A DNA stretch of 64,000 bases from positions 17,878,101 to 17,942,100 of the forward strand of contig NC_092677.1 in the NCBI RefSeq assembly GCF_964355755.1. The letters are read 5' to 3'. The DNA comes from Antedon mediterranea (lineage: Eukaryota > Animalia > Echinodermata). The notes beneath the pieces were generated by a model, which saw only the letters and a list, made by a program, of their open reading frames with translations, did not search any database and was not told the origin of the DNA. Every line of letters begins with the position of its first letter. Position 1 is the stretch's first letter. Positions 26,408-38,075 of the stretch are shown piece after piece. The position numbers were made by a program, and so were the translations under genes.

Positions 26408-27884
26408 AACTGATATCAAATTGAGTTGTGATTCACAGGACATATCAATGCTTATTTGCCTTCCCACAAGTGCATTTTGTTAAACGAGATTTTATTGTTT
26501 TAGACACGAACGAATTCAATATTAATAAAACGGCAAACCACACTATAATTAATTGGTTTTCATTGTAAATTGTAAAATGTAAATGTGACATTATGGAACA
26601 TAATAGTATATTCATCATTCCTAGTTAATAAGACAAAAAAAGTCCTAACATACTACAACAAAAAAAATCCCCAAATAAGAGTGTAATAAATGGTATTTGA
26701 AAGTTCAAGTGAAAATATCTTTGAATCTGTACGGTACCTGCTGAATAGAACAATATAAGTTAACGGTATATTACCAGATATTTTGCATCGCAATAATATT
26801 CTTTAACAACTGTTACAATTGTATAATTAGCAAATGAAAATAAATAAACATTGCGTATAGGCCTATTTTAATTATATTCGCGTTATCGACGTTCATACAA
26901 ATAATCATAATTATTTATTGCATTCTTGTTCTTCTAGAATAATTAATTTAATCTTGAATTGATTATTTGCTGTTGGTATACTACGATATTATGATACTCA
27001 TGAACTATCATAACGCATTAATTGTGGAAGAGGGTCTTATAGCGCACACCATCCGTTTTCACAACATCAGTGTAGGTTGGATTGATCCGCTTTAAATCTA
27101 AATGTCTCAATCAATCAAATCTTGTGAATCCATCTAAGCTACCAGGCGACGACAGCAACTCTGATGTCATGCACTGATCAAAATATAAACTCCACCTACA
27201 TTCTATGCCAATACACTATATACTCACTGAATTTAGGTCTTATCAGGGAAGTCGGTACATGTCACCGACAAGAAGATATGTTAAACCTGCGACGTACACG
27301 CAATAAAGACATTTCATATGCGCTTGCATGTACTTAAACTTGCGCACATATTTACCAAGGTGTCATTAGTAATTGTATGATGCGACGCAAACAATGTACG
27401 TGGGGCTTTATGCTTGCAAGCTAATTTGCGATATTTAAGGTTAGAGGGTGCTATGATGACGCTTATTGGTCTGTAAAAACGCACATGTACGCGATATTGC
27501 TTGCTTGTGAACATAACGTACATATGCAAAGATACTAGGGTTTATGCCCACGTGTTTTTTATTTGACGGTATATTTTACATTAGGTAGGCCTATGTGATA
27601 AAACTTTTTTTATTTTTTAAAATTTTATTCCATCAAAACCAACAGCCACGAAAGTTGCCACTTAAAGGTATGAAACAGAAAACAGATAGAAAATATAGTC
27701 TGTGTATGAAACAAACTTAAATAAATATATGTTAAATAGTAAAAATGAGCCTATTGAGCACAATTATTTAAAAAAAGAATACAATGAGTCTTGAATGAAG
27801 AATAAATATTGAAAAATATCAATATTTATACAAATAAGGCAAGCGTGTTTAGTTTATGAAACTTTTAATTAGGCCTAAGCATTC

Positions 27885-28197
27885 TATTATACAAATAATG
27901 AATGATTAAGAGTTGAATGGTCAGAATATTTCATGAGTTGAAAGATTAACTGATCTATTTAACGAGTACGCAGTCATACAATCATCATGGAAATATTTTT
28001 ACCATTCAACGAACAAAAAATATTCATTATTTTTTGTTTATAACACACCTAATAGATAAAAGACGTATTCAAGTAATCCATTGTTCTATCTTTAATCAAT
28101 GTGAAATGCTAGGTAGGAGTTTAGACCATTAAAATATCAGAACACGTTTTCGAACGCCAAGCTGCCCCGCGTTGCACAACATTCTCAAAATGTTATA
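27885..28197 (+). mobile_element. Crypton-like non-autonomous repeat interrupted at its end by the Academ insertion
   Basis: Internal inverted repeat (ataatgaat..tgaatggt..aatatttcatga / tcatggaaatatt..accattca..attcattat); homologous piece at 5780-5930. The family label rests on resemblance only. Confidence 0.45.
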
Positions 28198-28331
28198 TAG
28201 TAGGCATGTTAAGGAGCATATTTTAGGCAAATCCTTCAAATTGTGATAACATTTTGAAACTTTGCACAGTTATTTATTAGGGTGTCAAAAATATGAAATG
28301 GAAGGGTTGCACAAAATTTGGTCAGGGGAAA

Positions 28332-28950
28332 GCCGCCATTTTGGATTTCAAAATGGCTGACCTCAAATTTTCACTTGTCAGGTATATCTCTGCTAAAGAG
28401 GCACCTAGAGTTCTGATTTTACCTGCAAAATATATGGTAGTGGGGTCACCAAACATATTGGTATAATTAACATTTGATTGCATGGCGGCCATGTTGGATT
28501 TCAAAATGGCGGACTTCAAATTTTCACTTTTCAGGTATATCTCTGCTAAAAAGGCACCTAGAATTGTGATTTTAGGTGCAAATTATAATTATGGTAATGG
28601 GGTCACCAAACATATTGGTATAACTAACATTTTAATTGCATGGCGGCCATGTTGGATTTCAAAATGGCGGACCTCAATAACTTTTCAGGTATATCTCTGC
28701 TAAAAAGGTACACAGTGCTCTGATTTTAGGTGCAAATTATATGGTAATGGGTCACCAAATATATTGCTATTTAACTAACATTTTGATTGCATGGCGGCCA
28801 TTTTGAATTTCAAAATGGCAAGCTCAAAATGTTTCAGTACGGTACCTACAGTTATAATTTTAGGTACAAAGTATAATATGGTATTGAGGTCAACAAACAT
28901 ATTGGTATAACGTCTTTGATTGCATGTCGGCCATTTTGAATGTAGCTCAA
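28332..28950. repeat. Left subterminal array, ~4 x 151-158 bp
   Basis: The near-palindrome gccattttg(g/a)atttcaaaatggc ends at 28357, 28510, 28668 and 28819. Confidence 0.9.
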
Positions 28951-28951
28951 A

Positions 28952-29964
28952 CCTGGTAACCACACAGCTCTGTACATCATAAATCACTCTTTCTGCATTT
29001 ACAGCGTCCAAGATCACAGTCGGTGTGTCACAGCGATTTGTGACATCTGAAAGTTCCGGCAATGAACTCCAAACTGGACTAAATTTGTTGCCGTCCTTCC
29101 TCCATCCCCAGTTTGCTGGGTCCTGTTCAACCCTGAATGCATCTAGACAGTTGTACCACTTTCTGGCTTGTAGAAAAGACCGTTTCACATGTTCTCTTAA
29201 TGCCACAGATGTTGGGGGGATATTTTCAATAGTCTGTAGTGAAAAGATATCGTCTTGCATCATTTACCTTCTTTCTACATAGTTACAACAAACTGTTCTA
29301 GATAATCTGTGTCACTAACATCCCCTACAGACAATGACATCGTCTCAAATTCCTTTCCTTGAACAGATGAAGTTGTATCACAACTGCTAAAGGAATGAAA
29401 GAACAAGTAAGCGGCTGATGCTTGTGATCCAAGAGAAGTAATCTTGTGTATTGAGATATACTTCAAGTGCTTCCCCACTCCAAACTCGATCCAAAGCTCG
29501 TGGATGCCAGGTATTCTGTGGAAAGTTGACAATGAAATAACCACAACATCACTGTCTACAGTCTTGACAAGAATGCGCGGACAAATTTTAGCGGCATGTT
29601 TAACATGAACAAACATACGTTCATCTGCCTCTTCTTTGTTACATGGCATTAGCGGTTTTATATTTACAGACTGGTTTGTTACAGCTCTGTCTCTCAGAGA
29701 CCCTACAAACATTCCGTGATTTGTGTCAATGTTCTCTACTACTTCAGTTACAATTAATGAAACAACTCTGATTTGTTGTCATCATATCTCGAATATGTGG
29801 TCCAATTGTTGGGCATGCTCCCACTGGCTTTGACGCCCCTCCTTACACCAGAGCCGCGGTTTGAACGCGTACTAGACTTTAAACCGTCGTTAAAGTATCT
29901 ATCGAAAACCAAATCTGGTCACGTCACTGATCGAAGTTGATGGTCTATATATGGTTGTACGACA
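28952..29964 (-). pseudogene. Academ transposase 3' part (XPG/PIN nuclease + Cys-rich domain), inverted copy
   Basis: ORFs 29275-29712 (PCNKEEADERMFVH...KTVDSDVVV...ELWIEFGVGK...FFHSFSSCDTTS) and 28775-29263 (IENIPPTSVALREHVKRSFLQA...PANWGW), with frameshifts and deletions. Confidence 0.85.
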
Positions 29965-31140
29965 AAATGAAGCACCATTAGTTGCTGCCAAGGTGTTAGA
30001 TGGACCAGCAATAATCAATATGTTCAGGCCCAATGATTCGAAGACATTCATTGAGTATATATCAAGTGTCATACAACCATCAACTTCGATCAGTGACACG
30101 ACTAGATTTGTTTTTCGATAGATACTTTAACGACAGTTTAAAGTCTGGTACGCGTTCAAACCGCGTCTCTGGTGTAAGGAGGGTCGTTAAAGCAAGCGGG
30201 AGCTTGCCCAACAATTGGACCACATTTTTTAGATTTGATGACAACAAATCAGAGTTGTTTTCATTTATTGTAACTGAAGTAGTAGAGAACATTGGCACAA
30301 ATCACGGAATGTTTGTAGGGTCTTTGGGAGACAGAGCTGTAACAAACCAGTAAATATACAATCGCTGATGCCATGTAACATAGAAGAGGCAGATGAACGT
30401 ATGTTTGTTCACGTTAAACTTGCCGCTGAAATTTTCCACGCATTGTCAAGACTGTACACAATGATGTTGTTGTCAGCTTTCCACAGAATACCTGGCATCC
30501 ACGAGCTTCGGATCGAGTTTGGAGTGGGGAAGCACTTGAAGTACATCCCAATACACGAGATTGCTTCTTCTCTTGGATCACAAGCATCGGCCGCTTACTT
30601 GTTCTTTCATACCATTAGCGGTTGTGATAGAACTTCATCTGTTTAAGGAAAAGGTAAAGCTACATTTAACGAGACTTTGAAAAAGATGCCATGTATGACT
30701 CCAGTTTTTGAGAGGATGTCATTGTCTGTAGGGCATGTTAGTGAAACAGACACAGATTATCTAGAACAGTTTGTTGTAACTATGTCTACTGCAGAACATT
30801 TAATGATGCAAGACGATATCTTTTTACAACAAGAGAAAGACTATTGAAAATATCCCCCAACATCTGCGGCATTAAGAGAACATGTGAAACGGAAGCCAGG
30901 AAGTGGTACGACTGTCTAGATGCATTCAGGGTTGAACAGGACCCAGCGAACTGGGGATAGAGGAAGGACGGCAACAAATTTAGTCCAGCTTGGAGTTCAT
31001 TGCCGGAACTTTCAGATGTCACAAAGGTTTTAATTCGCTGTGGACACACCGACTGTGATCTTGGATGCTGTAAATGCAGAAAGAGTGATTTGCGATGCAC
31101 AGAGCTGTGTGGTTGCCAGGGAAAATGTGACCTACAATAA
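29963..31140 (+). pseudogene. Academ transposase 3' part (XPG/PIN nuclease + Cys-rich domain), sense copy
   Basis: Reads QNEAPLVAAKVLDGPAIINMFRP..TFIEY, DRYFNDSLKSGTR, PCNIEEADER, FHTISGCD, and ends RCGHTDCDLGCCKCRKSDLRCTELCGCQGKCDLQ* (TAA 31138-31140). Several stops and frameshifts. Confidence 0.85.
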
Positions 31141-31200
31141 GTGTCCGTGTTAAATGCATGTAATTATGAACATAAACAAATAGTGTAAAGCCAGTACGGG

Positions 31201-31820
31201 TTGAGCTACATTCAAAATGGCCGCCATGCAATCAAAGACGTTATACCAATATGTTTGTTGACCTCAATACTATATTATACTTTGTACCTAAAATTATAAC
31301 TGTAGGTACCGTACTGAAACATTTTGAGTTCGCCATTTTGAAATTCAAAATGGCCGCTATGCAATAAAAATGTCAGTTAAATACCAATATGTTTGGTTAC
31401 CCATTACCATATAATTGGCACCTAAAATCAGAACTCTAGGTGCCTTTTTAGCAGAGATATGCCTGAAAAATGAAAATTTGAAATCTGCCATTTTGAAATC
31501 CAACATGGCCGCCATGGAATCAAAATGTTAGTTATACCAGTATGTTTGGTGACCCCACTACCATATAATTTGCACCTAAAATCAGAACTCTAGGTGCCTC
31601 TTTAGCAGAGATATACCTAAAAAGTGAAAATTTGAAGTCCGCCATTTTGAAATCTAAAATGGCCGCCATGCAATTAAAATGTTAGTTATACCAATATCTT
31701 TGTTGACCCCATTACCATATAATTTGCACCTAAATTCAGAACTCTAGGTGCCTATTTAGCAGAGATATACCTGAAAAGTGAACAATTTGGGTCCGCCATT
31801 TTGAAATCCAAAATGGCGGC
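31201..31820. repeat. Right subterminal array, ~4 x 154 bp (mirror of 28332-28950)
   Basis: gccattttgaaat(t/c)caa(a/c)atggc-like units near 31332, 31487, 31641 and 31795. Confidence 0.9.
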
Positions 31821-32030
31821 TTTCCCCTGACCAAATTTTGTGCAACCCCTCCATTTCATATTTTTGACACCCTAATGAATAACTGTGCAAAGTTTCAGAA
31901 TGTTATCACAATTTGAAGGATTGGGTCACTTAACAGGCCTACTAATACAAGAATCTTAACATGCAATAGAACCATTTCATTAGAAAATTCAATAGAACTT
32001 TGCCATACAGTAGAACACTACAGGACAAAC

Positions 32031-32455
32031 CTGGTTCCCACATGGTGCAACGCAAGGACGTAAGTTTGACCAATCGTAATGGATCATCTAAAATATCACT
32101 TATGATTAAGCTTGGTTTCCACTTAAGACTCAGCACAAAGACGTAGACAAGCAAGTTAACCAATGCCAGTTCGCTTATTTCACCACTTGTGATTGGTCAA
32201 ATCACTAATGCTTGGTTGCAAATAGAGACTCAACACAAAGACGTACATGATTTGACCAATCACAAGCGATGAAATATTCAAACTGTCGTCGCTTGTCTTT
32301 GGTCAACTCGCTTGCTATACGCCTTCTTGCGCTGCGTTTCTTGTAGGAACCAAGCTTTGCATAAGACGTCTTTAGTGAAAAAAAAACATTATCTGTCAAT
32401 TCACTTGCGTTACGCCTACGTCATTGCATTTCGTTCAAGTGGGAACCAACATTTA
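32031..32455. mobile_element. Cluster of nested MITEs with (a)gcttggttcccac termini (Harbinger-like)
   Basis: Three left ends (ctggttccca ~32032, gcttggtttccac ~32110, gcttggttgca ~32210) and two right ends (taggaaccaagc ~32345, gtgggaaccaa ~32440); shared gaccaatcacaagcga core. Confidence 0.6.
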
Positions 32456-34799
32456 TGATACAAGAAGTGTGTAATATTAGGTTACCCAATATTTCAAGAA
32501 ATAGAAAATGAATGAATTTTGTTTAGCTTAAAAATATCAGTTGAACAGTCAATGATTCAGATCATCAAGTGTAAGTTTATTCATGGATTTAAAGAAGGAA
32601 ACATTTATGAGCAACATTGTCACTTGTATAAAAACGCCAAAGATTTTCGTGTCCACATAGTTTAAAGTACTTAACCTCTTAATCGTGTCAAAGCAAAACA
32701 AAATTAAGAGTGGGAAAAGTTATTTAAGAGGGACATAACATTAGTCGGAGTTGTGACATTTTTGACACAAGGGCTTAACATGACATCTCTACGACATAAT
32801 CTAATATTTGCGTACTGACACACGAACTAAAAGATTGTATGTTTCGGATGAAGGAGGCTTAAGAATGAACTTATTTCGGTTTCATATACTTTTGTGCATG
32901 ATCTAAAACATTAAGAAAACTTTGGCCTATAGATGTTTGCTTATAAAAAAGAAACAACACTATCTTAATAAAAATCTATGTGTTTTTCTTTCGTTCTCGC
33001 CTTGTCTATGTCAAGTTTTATAATAACAGTAATTTGTCCATTTTTTCTTATTTTACAATCGAATTTTTCAATTATCCTATACGTTTTCTAATTAGATTAA
33101 CTAAAACAATTACCGTACTATATATAATAGGCCTACGCTATAAGGCCTATGTGCATACGGGTATGTTCAATTTAGGAATATGATGTGTTAGATTACGGTT
33201 TAGTTCTTTATAATTACGCTGTTGACAACATTAATTAGTGCGGTACATTGTAAAAAAAAAGGAAGTACGGTATTGCATCAGAACACGGTATCTTCCATTC
33301 ATTTTTATTGCATAGGTCCCCACCCTAACACCATATCCCAAGATATTATTTGTATATTATATTGTAATTTTTTATTCGCAAAAAAAGGTGACTTTATTTG
33401 AATAATAGTAGAAACAATATTAAAAGGCCAACAATTTGTCCCCTTGATAGGAGTTGGCCGTAATGTTATATATCAGACATGTCAACATAAAGAAATGTTC
33501 CAATTATTCCACTTTAGCCGCAAATATTCCATTTGTTAAATTTACAAAAAGACCAACCGATTAACAGAGAATAGAAGAAGAAGAAGAATATGAAACTAAA
33601 CATGACAACCGTAATATAGGCCTAAATATTGATTAAAAACATTTGATAATAATAATGGGTAGGCCTACTTGACAATGTTAACGCTGACTTATAAACTTAA
33701 CAACTTGTTATGCTTCAGTTTTGTATTTCTTTATTTATCATTATAAAGTATTTTAACGTCAGAGGTTAAGAAAAAACATTTAATAATATCATAAAGTTAC
33801 GTGTTTCAGATCAATACCGTACCCAAGTTGATTTGGTTATGAATTCAATATCGTGCGAAACTACAAGTAAGGCTAATGTCCTACAGTACATCAGTCTGGT
33901 CTTACAGACAATCAGTGGTGTAATTGCGAATTTATACAAGTGCTGAGAGCGATTTTCGTTTCTACTTTCACTCTGGAGAAATCTTCATTCGTTCACCAAA
34001 TATGTCAAAGATAAATTAAATATACCGATGACTCCGATCATCGTATGACCACTTAAAGAAGACGAGTATATCCACCTTAAAAAACACAATATTGTTCTAG
34101 CCTTAGGGTGGGTGACCCCTTGCAGGTGCTGGTCAACCTAGCCGGGGGTACTGGAATCCACGTCCACTTGGGGGCTAGACTATCTTACCGCGGCGTGACA
34201 TACAGTGACCTAGGATATATTAGGTTTAAAGCGATAAAACATCGCCCGGAGAACATTATGTGGCTTCAACTGGACACTGTCACATTCAATTAGATTTCCA
34301 TCCGTTTGGAATGAACGAATATTATTTTTAAGCGTTACAGCTGAAGTGATAATATTCCTGGTTATTTGTACTGGTTATGGAGGTAGAATTGGTAGTTTTC
34401 GTTTACGCTAAACGGCGAGGGTACAATAAAGAAAGAACAGGAATAGAGAAAGCAAAATAATCAAATCAAGACAAGATTACTGAAATGACAAAAGTACACC
34501 AATCAGCTACCATCCCCCATGTTATACCTTCTTGCAAGTGAATTAATAATTACCCTGTCATCGATTTATAACCTAAATACAATAACCTAGAGTTTAACAT
34601 TATTGAATAGGCCTATGAGTTATTATTATTATCATTTTGTTAAATGCAGCGGGGGTATGAGAGTTGAGTGAGGGTGGAGAACACACAGACAGATCAGTAG
34701 TCATAGACTGATTCAGGCTTACATCTTGAAAATTATAGAATATGAAAGATAGGATAGGCCTACCATATTAAGTTCAGCACTTTATATCGTCATTTTTAG

Positions 34800-34838
34800 G
34801 CCTTGCCCCTCTCTATTTCAAATCCTGGATCTGCCACT
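34800..34838 (+). mobile_element. Isolated MITE end
   Basis: aaatcctggatctgccact resembles the common animal MITE terminus aaatcctggatccgccactg. Confidence 0.4.
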
Positions 34839-36170
34839 TCACAAATGAATATTTGGGGTTATTGTAACCCAGCATTCCACTTTCTTATTCTGGTTCAAAT
34901 GGAAAATGGAGGGTTATTCCAATGTAAACCAGTTTATTGACTAAGCACCTAACGGGCTAACGGTAGGCAAACTAATACATGTATGTAATGTATATGAAGC
35001 ATCGAACACTAATCAATTCCTTCCAAAAGACTTATTTGCCAATCAAGATCGCAATTAACTCATCACAGACAGATTGGAAAATTACAATCGGCAGGTTTTA
35101 TCGCTAGAAGGTGGACCTAGCTCTTAAGTGGTACACTCTGTATAAGGCTTACTATTCCTCTGGCAATATACATATGTTTGACACATTAACACCAACCAAA
35201 AGAAATGTTAACAGCTGTACTAGTGTATATGAAACACTATACAAAATCAATACACTGCCTAGAAAGTAAAAATAATACGTAGATTGTCACTGAAATTAAC
35301 TAAAAGAAATGCCAGGTTTTCAGGTAGCCTAAACCAAGGCAAACAAAATTAAGCAGTGAAATTGATTGTAATGATATAATGTCTCACTATTGAAATACTA
35401 CGTTAGTAACGTTACGCCCAGGACAATGGAATTATCATTTCTGTTAAAATACGCGCGTAACGCCAATGTATTGTTGAGTGCATGTGTTATTATATCTCTG
35501 CCAATGCACTGAATATCTGGCCTGGTCTATTAAGCCAACTAACCCGTTGAGCTGTACATAATACAAACGGCATTAATATTTTAATACATCCATTTTGACA
35601 TGTACTAGACTTCGGCGTACATCGATGATCGATCCATTCCCGCTCGAACGAAGCCTCAAAAGGAATTTATTGATGAAGTTTTAGTGGGGTGCTTGCGCCG
35701 CCACGAGTCCATCCGAGCGCAATGCCGAACAATAAGCGGCGCTGCCGAATACATCGTCGTACATCATTCTAAATAATAGATTAACCGATTTACTAGGGCG
35801 AAAGCCGACGATAAACGTATTTTGGATAAAGCCATTGAAAGCTACCGATAGCAGGTGTATGTCATACACGGTTTACCTACAATATATGAGTAATTCCCAT
35901 GCATCAACTCGACTTTCAATCCGAAATTATAGGTAACTTCATTTAGCAAACAGACTAATATTTACAAATAATCAAAACATTATTGTAACTGTTACTGTTA
36001 TAGTAATTAAATCAAAAGAGCATACATTATACAATCCTGTAATGTTGATGCAGTATTTCACACATCTGAAAAAAATAAAAATAAAGTAAGCATGAGATTC
36101 AGATTCTGTCATAAACTTGTTCTTTTTAAGCGTTAATTGTTTGCCTTACCTGTACATTATTAATTTCACA

Positions 36171-36390
36171 TTTGGCTCCCGCTAGGACGTAACGCAAGGA
36201 CCTTAAAGCGTGGTTCCCAAGTGAATTGACCAATCACAAGCGATTGCTTATTCGTTTGTGATTGCCAACTGTCTATGACTTCGCTTGTCATTGGTTAAAA
36301 CGCTTGCGTTCCGTTTACGTCCTTGCGTTACGTTCAAGTGGGAACCAAGCTTAAGCGTAATTTAACCAATCACGGCGCGATGATCATTCA
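36171..36390. mobile_element. MITE inserted into a copy of its own family
   Basis: An inner ttaaagcgtggttccca...tgggaaccaagcttaa splits an outer tggctcccgctaggacgtaacgcaaggac | cgtaatttaaccaatcac. Confidence 0.6.
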
Positions 36391-36431
36391 CTATTTTCCG
36401 TGCATACGTTTTGCTGCAAATGTGAAGTAAC

Positions 36432-36618
36432 AGTTAGAACCCCTTTAAGAGGACACCCTGGGGAGCCAACAAAATGTCCACTTATTAGAGATGTATCCCA
36501 TGAATAGGTGTTCATAATGTTAATTCATATTTCCCAGTATAATGTACACAAAATTAAGGATGTCCCACAAGGGATATTCCTCTGAATGGGATGTCCCAGG
36601 TGGAGAGGTTCTCTGTAT
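36432..36618. mobile_element. Tc1/pogo-type MITE with both ends present
   Basis: cagttagaacccc..gaggacaccc ... gatgtccc..gagaggttctctg-ta. Confidence 0.55.
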
Positions 36619-37878
36619 TGATATATACCATTTTTAAAACGTCACTAAATAATCTCAATTTTTGCTACCCTCACGATCATGGGCTTGATCGTGGGTTTTG
36701 AAAAATATCTGATTATAAGACTTTATGGCGTCATTACGGTGATAGGGGTAGAATTGCTTATATCTCAAATTCGGATGAGTCAGGGGGTAGATTCTATTAC
36801 CTATTATGGTGGCTTAGCTGTATTATAGTAATGACAGATCATAAAGTGATGGCTGTCACATGGTTGGATAGTAATGTTTCGTGGCCTAAGTCTATCCACT
36901 ATTATTGTCTAAAATGAAAAATGATAATTAAGCATGGAGTATATTAAATTGTTTATAAATGTTATATAAGCTTAGCGTTTTGTGGTATATTCATTTTAAC
37001 CTTTAGATGTTAGGCCTACGGTTTTATAAAAAAGATGTTAAAACAATAATTAATCATCTATTAACCTAAAATGTAGCCTATATACTTTTACATCATTGAA
37101 TAGATTATTAAATATTTTAATCGTATTCGTGATAGATAATTATTAATTTAAATGTATTATTATTTTCATTCTTAATTTTGTTTGTACATTTAGTTTTATC
37201 ATATTTTATTGTATATTATTCAATTATACAATTTGTATTTCAATGGACCACCAGATGTATTTTTTTGTATTTGTCACATTTGTTAAAAAACATATATATT
37301 GAATCTTTATTAGTAATATTTTTGTTAAGCGTAAAGAATAGCTTAGTTACGATAACGCTTGCCTTCTGTTAGGCCTATACCTTATGCATGTGTGTTGAAA
37401 GTTTCAGATACAAAGTGGTTACTCAATTTATGAGGGTGGGCATTGGGACACTGTGAATTAAACTCGAACGGGTTGTTTATGTTATTTTACCAAACCTTGC
37501 ACTTATTCTAACGAATTACAGGCCAATATAATTATTTTGATGCTGTTAAGTAGAAATTTTAATTAATTTAAAAATAGTTTCATCTACATTAAAAAAAATA
37601 TTCAAGTTGTTTAATTTTTAGTAGCAAAGTTAAGATAATCTTTTAAAAAGGTATTGTATTTTGTTGTTGAATATGCCATTTTAATTTCACATAATAGTTA
37701 TTGACCAACAATTAGATCGACCAAATTATTTACCTGAAAAAAACAAAAACAAAATCCCAGCCAATGTATTTTTGGTTGAATTTAACCATTTATTTTGTTA
37801 TTTTATAAGCGAAAACATCATTTTTCCTTTTTTCTTCTACGGAAGTGATTAACTTTATTAAAACTACAAAATAACCTA

Positions 37879-38075
37879 TTCATTTTTCATGTTTTTGGGG
37901 GACATCTTTAATGTTTAAATATATAAATATTATTGATTGGCAAATTACGGAATCTTAATTCAAAATAATTTAATTTCATTTTTCATGTTTTTGGGGGACA
38001 AAACATCTTTAATGTTTAAATATATAAATATTATTGATTGGCAAATTACGGAATCTTAATTCAAAATATTTTAAT
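37879..38075. repeat. Tandem duplication (~96-100 bp x2) spanning a Kolobok-like MITE end and its flank
   Basis: ttcatttttcatgtttttgggggaca..tctttaatgtttaaatatataaatattattgattggcaaattacggaatcttaattcaaaata occurs twice. Confidence 0.9.

Larger units (their letters stand above)
28198..31944. mobile_element. Academ (AcademX-type) DNA transposon, non-autonomous foldback derivative
   Basis: Termini TAGTAGGCATGTTAAG ... CTTAACAGGCCTACTA; ATA on both sides (28195-28197, 31945-31947); long TIRs. Internal remnants encode XPG/PIN motifs (VLDG, EEADER, VDSDVVV, FH..SGCD) plus a C-terminal Cys cluster, the domain set described for Academ transposases. Confidence 0.85.

Noticed and set aside
28322-28703. 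ORFs with repeated SAILKSKMAA / AAMLDFKMAD peptides
   Set aside because: They are translations of the Academ subterminal repeats.
29025-31231. ORFs 29025-29282(+), 29899-30099(-), 30080-30298(-), 30786-31100(-) and 31019-31231(-)
   Set aside because: They are antisense or off-frame shadows of the transposase remnants.
28198-31944. Palindrome as an assembly artefact, or as a host FEN1/XPG gene pair
   Set aside because: The arms differ by many substitutions and arm-specific indels, the ends are asymmetric, a TSD is present, and the coding remnants are intronless and enclosed by TIRs.
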